NCBI GenBank assembly: GCA_038046385.1
Contig: JBBSWH010000016.1
Coordinates: 1-31,737 of the forward strand
DNA from: Nanobdellota archaeon
GTDB lineage: Archaea > Nanobdellota > Nanobdellia > Woesearchaeales > GW2011-AR4
Direction: 5' to 3'
Length of the DNA: 31,737 nt
Shown: piece by piece, positions 27,160-31,737 of the stretch
How the letters are laid out: every line of letters begins with the position of its first letter
Numbering within the stretch: position 1 is the stretch's first letter
Program-made: the position numbers and the translations under genes
Notes under the pieces: generated by a model
What the model saw: only the letters and a program-made list of their open reading frames with translations
Database searches by the model: none
What the model was told of the DNA's origin: nothing

Positions 27160-27693
27160 TCACCAATACCTCGCTAATAATAAAATATTCAAAATAGGGG
27201 TTATTATCACATTACACACAATTAATATTAATTGAAATTTGAAAAAATCAAAATAAACATTAAAATCATCAATTTTCCATCTCTTTAAAAAACCACCAAT
27301 TATAAGTGGTGCTATGATCCAAAATAGGATAAACAATAAATTAATCTTTATTAAATAGTTATTTGGACTAACTAGTGTAGTATTATCATCCAGTTCAACT
27401 CTAGTGGGTCCTAACTTAGCATCTGCAATTGTAGTAAAAATATGAATAAGTATAGTAAAAGTAAGTAGCGTTAACAGAAAATTTCTAAAGTTAAATATTA
27501 ACTTTTTTTTAACTTTAAACTTTATTTTTCTGCTTAAATAAATAAATAATGTTAAATCAATAAAAAAAAAGATTACCCATCGGTACGCGCTTGCCCATAA
27601 TCCAAATTTAGTCCCTTCTAAAATTGTAATAAAACCTACGGAATATGATGCGAAATAACTTAATATTAATGATACTAACAATTTGTTGTCCAT
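27160..27693 (-). CDS. 5-TM membrane protein, partner/immunity candidate for hydrolase copy 1 (177 aa)
   Basis: Five hydrophobic segments, very AT-rich, AGGAGG RBS. Paralog of 25613-26167. Confidence 0.8.
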   Translation of the reverse strand: MDNKLLVSLILSYFASYSVGFITILEGTKFGLWASAYRWVIFFFIDLTLFIYLSRKIKFKVKKKLIFNFRNFLLTLLTFTILIHIFTTIADAKLGPTRVELDDNTTLVSPNNYLIKINLLFILFWIIAPLIIGGFLKRWKIDDFNVYFDFFKFQLILIVCNVIITPILNILLLARYW

Positions 27694-27697
27694 TTTT

Positions 27698-30600
27698 TTA
27701 CCTCCTAAGTCTAGTTTTAATATCTTCTTTAACGTCAGTATTATCTTTTATAAATCCATGACTTTCAAACGTTGCAATACTATTATAAACTAATCTTTCT
27801 TTATTTCCAGAAGTTAATGTAGAGCTGTTTATTATCCTACTACCATCGTTTGAATGAACTAACAAATCAGTTGGATATCCGTTGAAAAGATATATTTTAC
27901 TAACGTTTACCATACTTACATCAAAAATTGAATTTTCATCAATGGCTAAATCGTTATAGAATTGCATTAAATTTCTGGAAATACTTTTATCTTCAAATAC
28001 TGCAGAGATAGTTGTTAAATCCCCTATTATGTCTGCTCCAAATTCTACAAGTCTCCATGCATAATTGAACTTGGTTATATGGGTTTTACCACTTTGGTTT
28101 ACCTTATTCATTGCATAATTGCCATTTATAAAAGAATTATATAAAATTCTCCTTCTAGTTAAGTTTATAAGACTCGTATTATCATTCAGCGTAGCAGGGC
28201 AAGCTATCCCAAAGAACTTATCCACTGGACTACTTGGCAAATCCACTAAGGTATCATACAACCCAGTTTCTGTATTGAAAATGTACCCTGCATTATTCTT
28301 TCCGTTTGAATATGAATTTAAAGATGATAATGCAACTCTGCACCCATTAGAATGCCCTATATAATTAACTTGGTTTTTATTTGAATATTCCATAACTCCT
28401 GAAACAAGTGCAGGCCAATAATAATCAACCTGATCCTGATAAGTGTAATCCGGACAAGTATCGCATTCAATCTGTGGTCCGCCATTAAGTTCAATAGTCC
28501 ACACATCGTAGCCCTCTTTTACTAAATCGCCACCTAATCCGTCTTCAAAAGTAAATAAGTCGCTAAATATTCCGCCTGACATAACTACTGGCTTTGGATT
28601 GTTTAATATTACATCCTTAAAAGTCGGAGAGAAATCAGAATTTAAATTCTTCAATCTTAATGTTGTATTTTGCCCATACGAGGTCGTATCTAAGGTCTGA
28701 ACTGTTTTTATAGCAATCTCATAGTTATTGTCCAGAAGAATTTTCTCTATAACGCTTTTGAAATTGTTTGTTTTTTTATTATAATGAAGTTGATTATCAT
28801 GGTTATGCATTATATCCATCACAGACAATCCAGTTAGGTCATGAGAATCAATAACTATTGTGTGAGAATATAACTCTGCATTGTTCTTTTGATAAGAATC
28901 CGGATTGAAAAACTCATTTTTGGCTGAAATCAGTTTTTTCACGGCTGCTACATCGCCTTCTATATATTTTCCATAAGCAAAAATGTAAACTTTGTTGTTG
29001 TATATAAAACTGCCAACCAAGCCTAAATCAATTGGTGTTTTTCTGTTCACTATAGGTGTACTGGAAGACTTATCCACATACCATCCAAAATTTCTTTTTG
29101 TATAATCATTTAAGGAATTTACTTTTGATGAATTTCTGCTTATAGATATGATTATATTTGAATTGGATTCCTCGACCCGTTGAACAAACAATTTCAAATA
29201 TCCCCTGATTGCCTCATCCGCTTTAGAATTTCCAGTATTTATGTCCAAGTAAGCCTTTTCCTTAATTTTAACAAAAGGCACTATGACATAATTGTCAGTT
29301 TCTGTAACCTCTTTAATGTTATCTTTTACATCGACATATACATGGAAATAGTCAACATTTGAAGTGTCGATGCTTATCAAGGAGTTATATTGAGTAATTG
29401 ATGAACTGGTTATAGTTTCAATGCTGCTTGCTTCTTTTGTAACCAATCCGGTGCTTTTATCTTGACCTTTTATTGTTACATTAAAACTGCCAGCTACGTT
29501 TTCGTTGTTAATTGTTATATTAAACTGATAATTGTTTCCAGATACTTGTTTATAATCAATATCTGCAAGGGAAATCTCTAAATTTTTATTATTATTGCAG
29601 ATATTACAATTAAAAACTAAGCTATCATTGTCTCCATTGAAGTCGATTGAAGCGGTTTTTGATTCGCAAACTTTTGATTGATTAGTCTTGCATGTTACAT
29701 TAATTGTCTGGCTGACTCCGCATTCCACACCTAAGTCAACCTGTTTGGTGCCGCCAGTATTTGTCGTTCCATTCAAAACTCCATTAACATAAACATAATA
29801 TCCTGCAAAATTTGTTTCTTTATTATTACTCACTCCAACGTTTAACCCACCGTTGCAGGTTGACACTGGAGATGTGCACGGATTAGGGACAGTTCCAGAC
29901 GAACTCGTTATAATTTGATTATCTAAACTCGTGTCACAAGTAGTTGAGCAAGAAGCGCTTTTATAATTAATCCATTGAGTTGAGCTGTATCTTCCTTCAT
30001 AATGGTAGCTCGCCCCCGTGTCGCAAATTGCTCTTTTAGCGTCTATAATATAATAAAATGGGTCATTGGAATCATCAAAATCTTGCTGCTCAACAGAATT
30101 ATCACAGTCGGTGTAGTCTGTGATTTCTACCTGCCCTTGTCCTCGAGAATCTGTCGTTAATGGTTCATTGTGAGGGACACCGACGGCACAAGATGACGAG
30201 TTTAAACATCTTTCATAAAACTTAGCTTTGTCACTCCCACCAACACCTTCAGAACTAAAAGTGTTGCATTGAGTCAGCTTTCCTGCCTTGTGATAGCATC
30301 TTTCTGGATTATCATTGCCATCATCGTCAAAGCACTCTGCGTCTCTTTCGCTATTTGGGTTGGATATATTATATGTTAAGACACCATCTTCCCAAACTAC
30401 GGCATCATTGGTAGAGCTTCCTTCTCCTAAATAATTATCTGTAAATCCTATTGATGTTATTCCTAGTATGATTAATGTACCGTTCTCGCTAACATTGTAA
30501 ATTTTTGATTTCTTAATCCCATCAAAAGTAAAGTTAACCAAGTAGTATCCTTCCTCAAAACGAACATCATCAATAGTCCCAGCCCCGTTCAGCCAGAACT

Positions 30601-31737
30601 TATAGGTGATATTTGACACTCCATAATTTGATATATTGAATATTTCGTAGAAATATGACAAATTCACAAGAGTATAATTTGTTGTATACAAATTAGCCTG
30701 CACCAAGCCAAATCCGTAATAATCGTCTTTACCGGAACTTCCCAAATCCGAAGCATCATTCTGCATCTTGCCTCTTATCTGATTATTAGTTAAAGAATTA
30801 TTATGGGATTTAATCAATGCAGCAACGCCTGCAACATGCGGAGCAGCAAGAGAAGTGCCGGAAAATAAAGAATATCCATTATTCAGCCATGTTGTATTGA
30901 TATTAACGCCATCAGCAACCAATTCCTGCTCAAATCCGTAAGAAGAAAAAGAAGCTAAATTGCCAGAAGAATCGACTGCCCCGACAGCAACAACAGAAGA
31001 GTATCTTGCAGGATACAATATATTATCCTGCCCGTTGTTGCCTGAGGCAGCTATTAATAACATATTGCGGTTGTAAGCATCATCCAAAACTTCCTTGAAT
31101 ATCTGCGAATAAGTTTCCATTCCAAAGCTCATCAAAACTATTGACATATTGTTGTCAATAGCCCATTCAACGCCTGAAATTGCATCAGAAAGCGAGCCAA
31201 CTGAATTATTCATTATCTTGACAGCATAAACGGAAGCAGAAGGCGCAACTCCAGCATTGCCATAATCATTCAATACAGATGAAACAATGCCGGCAACAGC
31301 CGTTCCGTGTCCATTATTGTCGGTAAAATTACTGCCAATAACAGAAACACCGCCGGCAATATTTAAGTCACTATGCGATGAAACTCCTGTGTCAAGAATC
31401 CCAATTTTAACTCCATTGCCTTTTGTAAAATTCCAAGCGTTCAAAGCATTAGTTTTTACAATATTCTGTTGTACAACATCAGAATAATTATTATAATAAT
31501 CTAGAACAGAAGTTTTTTGGTCTAACTCAATATAGGATACGGAATTATCATTTAAAAGTGCTTCAATATCTTTCACTTTGCCGGTTACTTTTACAGCATT
31601 GAAGCGATTATATTCTTTCTCTGTTTTAAACTTGCCAAGCTTTGAATTATCGATTCCATCTTTAAACTTCACAATAAATATGTTTTGCTCGTTTTTGTCT
31701 GCTTTCTCTAGATATTTTTCTGTTTTTACATTTAATT
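27698..31737 (-). CDS. Subtilisin-family (S8) serine protease fused to a C-terminal alpha/beta-hydrolase; 5'-truncated by the window
   Basis: The frame stays open beyond the GTG at 31672 to the window edge (..LNVKTEKYLEKADKNEQNIFIVKFKD, I9-prodomain-like). Triad: ILDTG (31391), NGHGT (31307), GTSLAAPHVAG (30851); oxyanion AASGN. Then a Cys-rich region, a CARDB-like domain and the GHSNG hydrolase (Ser 28349-28351). Confidence 0.92.
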   Translation of the reverse strand, partial: LNVKTEKYLEKADKNEQNIFIVKFKDGIDNSKLGKFKTEKEYNRFNAVKVTGKVKDIEALLNDNSVSYIELDQKTSVLDYYNNYSDVVQQNIVKTNALNAWNFTKGNGVKIGILDTGVSSHSDLNIAGGVSVIGSNFTDNNGHGTAVAGIVSSVLNDYGNAGVAPSASVYAVKIMNNSVGSLSDAISGVEWAIDNNMSIVLMSFGMETYSQIFKEVLDDAYNRNMLLIAASGNNGQDNILYPARYSSVVAVGAVDSSGNLASFSSYGFEQELVADGVNINTTWLNNGYSLFSGTSLAAPHVAGVAALIKSHNNSLTNNQIRGKMQNDASDLGSSGKDDYYGFGLVQANLYTTNYTLVNLSYFYEIFNISNYGVSNITYKFWLNGAGTIDDVRFEEGYYLVNFTFDGIKKSKIYNVSENGTLIILGITSIGFTDNYLGEGSSTNDAVVWEDGVLTYNISNPNSERDAECFDDDGNDNPERCYHKAGKLTQCNTFSSEGVGGSDKAKFYERCLNSSSCAVGVPHNEPLTTDSRGQGQVEITDYTDCDNSVEQQDFDDSNDPFYYIIDAKRAICDTGASYHYEGRYSSTQWINYKSASCSTTCDTSLDNQIITSSSGTVPNPCTSPVSTCNGGLNVGVSNNKETNFAGYYVYVNGVLNGTTNTGGTKQVDLGVECGVSQTINVTCKTNQSKVCESKTASIDFNGDNDSLVFNCNICNNNKNLEISLADIDYKQVSGNNYQFNITINNENVAGSFNVTIKGQDKSTGLVTKEASSIETITSSSITQYNSLISIDTSNVDYFHVYVDVKDNIKEVTETDNYVIVPFVKIKEKAYLDINTGNSKADEAIRGYLKLFVQRVEESNSNIIISISRNSSKVNSLNDYTKRNFGWYVDKSSSTPIVNRKTPIDLGLVGSFIYNNKVYIFAYGKYIEGDVAAVKKLISAKNEFFNPDSYQKNNAELYSHTIVIDSHDLTGLSVMDIMHNHDNQLHYNKKTNNFKSVIEKILLDNNYEIAIKTVQTLDTTSYGQNTTLRLKNLNSDFSPTFKDVILNNPKPVVMSGGIFSDLFTFEDGLGGDLVKEGYDVWTIELNGGPQIECDTCPDYTYQDQVDYYWPALVSGVMEYSNKNQVNYIGHSNGCRVALSSLNSYSNGKNNAGYIFNTETGLYDTLVDLPSSPVDKFFGIACPATLNDNTSLINLTRRRILYNSFINGNYAMNKVNQSGKTHITKFNYAWRLVEFGADIIGDLTTISAVFEDKSISRNLMQFYNDLAIDENSIFDVSMVNVSKIYLFNGYPTDLLVHSNDGSRIINSSTLTSGNKERLVYNSIATFESHGFIKDNTDVKEDIKTRLRR
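28181..28722 (-). repeat. Conserved hydrolase N-half, repeated at 26628-27158 and partly at 25330-25611
   Basis: Direct repeat. 28629-28666 and 27076-27113 are identical over 38 bp. By hand alignment, copies 1 and 2 differ at 22 of 163 aa with no gaps. Confidence 0.95.

Noticed and set aside
27709-27722. TCTAGTTT match to the putative TnpB guide
   Set aside because: Only about 8 nt match in AT-rich DNA, which is expected by chance.
25291-28722. Hydrolase repeats as a DGR template/variable pair
   Set aside because: Differences are largely synonymous and involve all bases rather than adenines only; no reverse transcriptase is in the window.
24010-31487. + strand ORFs at 24010, 25833, 28119, 29180 and 31287
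   Set aside because: Antisense shadows of well-supported - strand genes.
31670-31672. GTG as the start of the S8 gene
   Set aside because: The frame is open to the window edge and this Val lies inside a prodomain-like FIVKFK motif.

Overview
Archaeal-looking window. A DPANN/Woesearchaeota-type host is an inference from the BRE-TATA promoter, GGAGG/GGTGA ribosome-binding sites and Asn-rich secreted proteins. Left end (1-1490, AT-rich): the right end of an IS200/IS605-type element, then a two-gene + strand operon encoding a ribbon-helix-helix protein and a His-motif protein (toxin-antitoxin-like). Middle (1723-22700, - strand, higher GC): a 6275-aa Ig-repeat surface protein translationally coupled to a 717-aa secreted protein; the two end in the same ~190-aa domain (..FYVEL[R/T]-stop). 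Right (22989-31737, - strand): a tightly coupled array. A 5'-truncated subtilisin (S8) protein carries a C-terminal alpha/beta-hydrolase. It is followed by a 5-TM protein, a stand-alone paralog of only the hydrolase domain, a second divergent 5-TM paralog, a third truncated hydrolase copy and a secreted CARDB/Ig protein. This [carrier-effector]-[partner]-[orphan effector]-[partner]-[relic] layout resembles a polymorphic toxin/immunity locus and is the best candidate for an undescribed system. All family calls are from motif recognition by eye; no searches were run.
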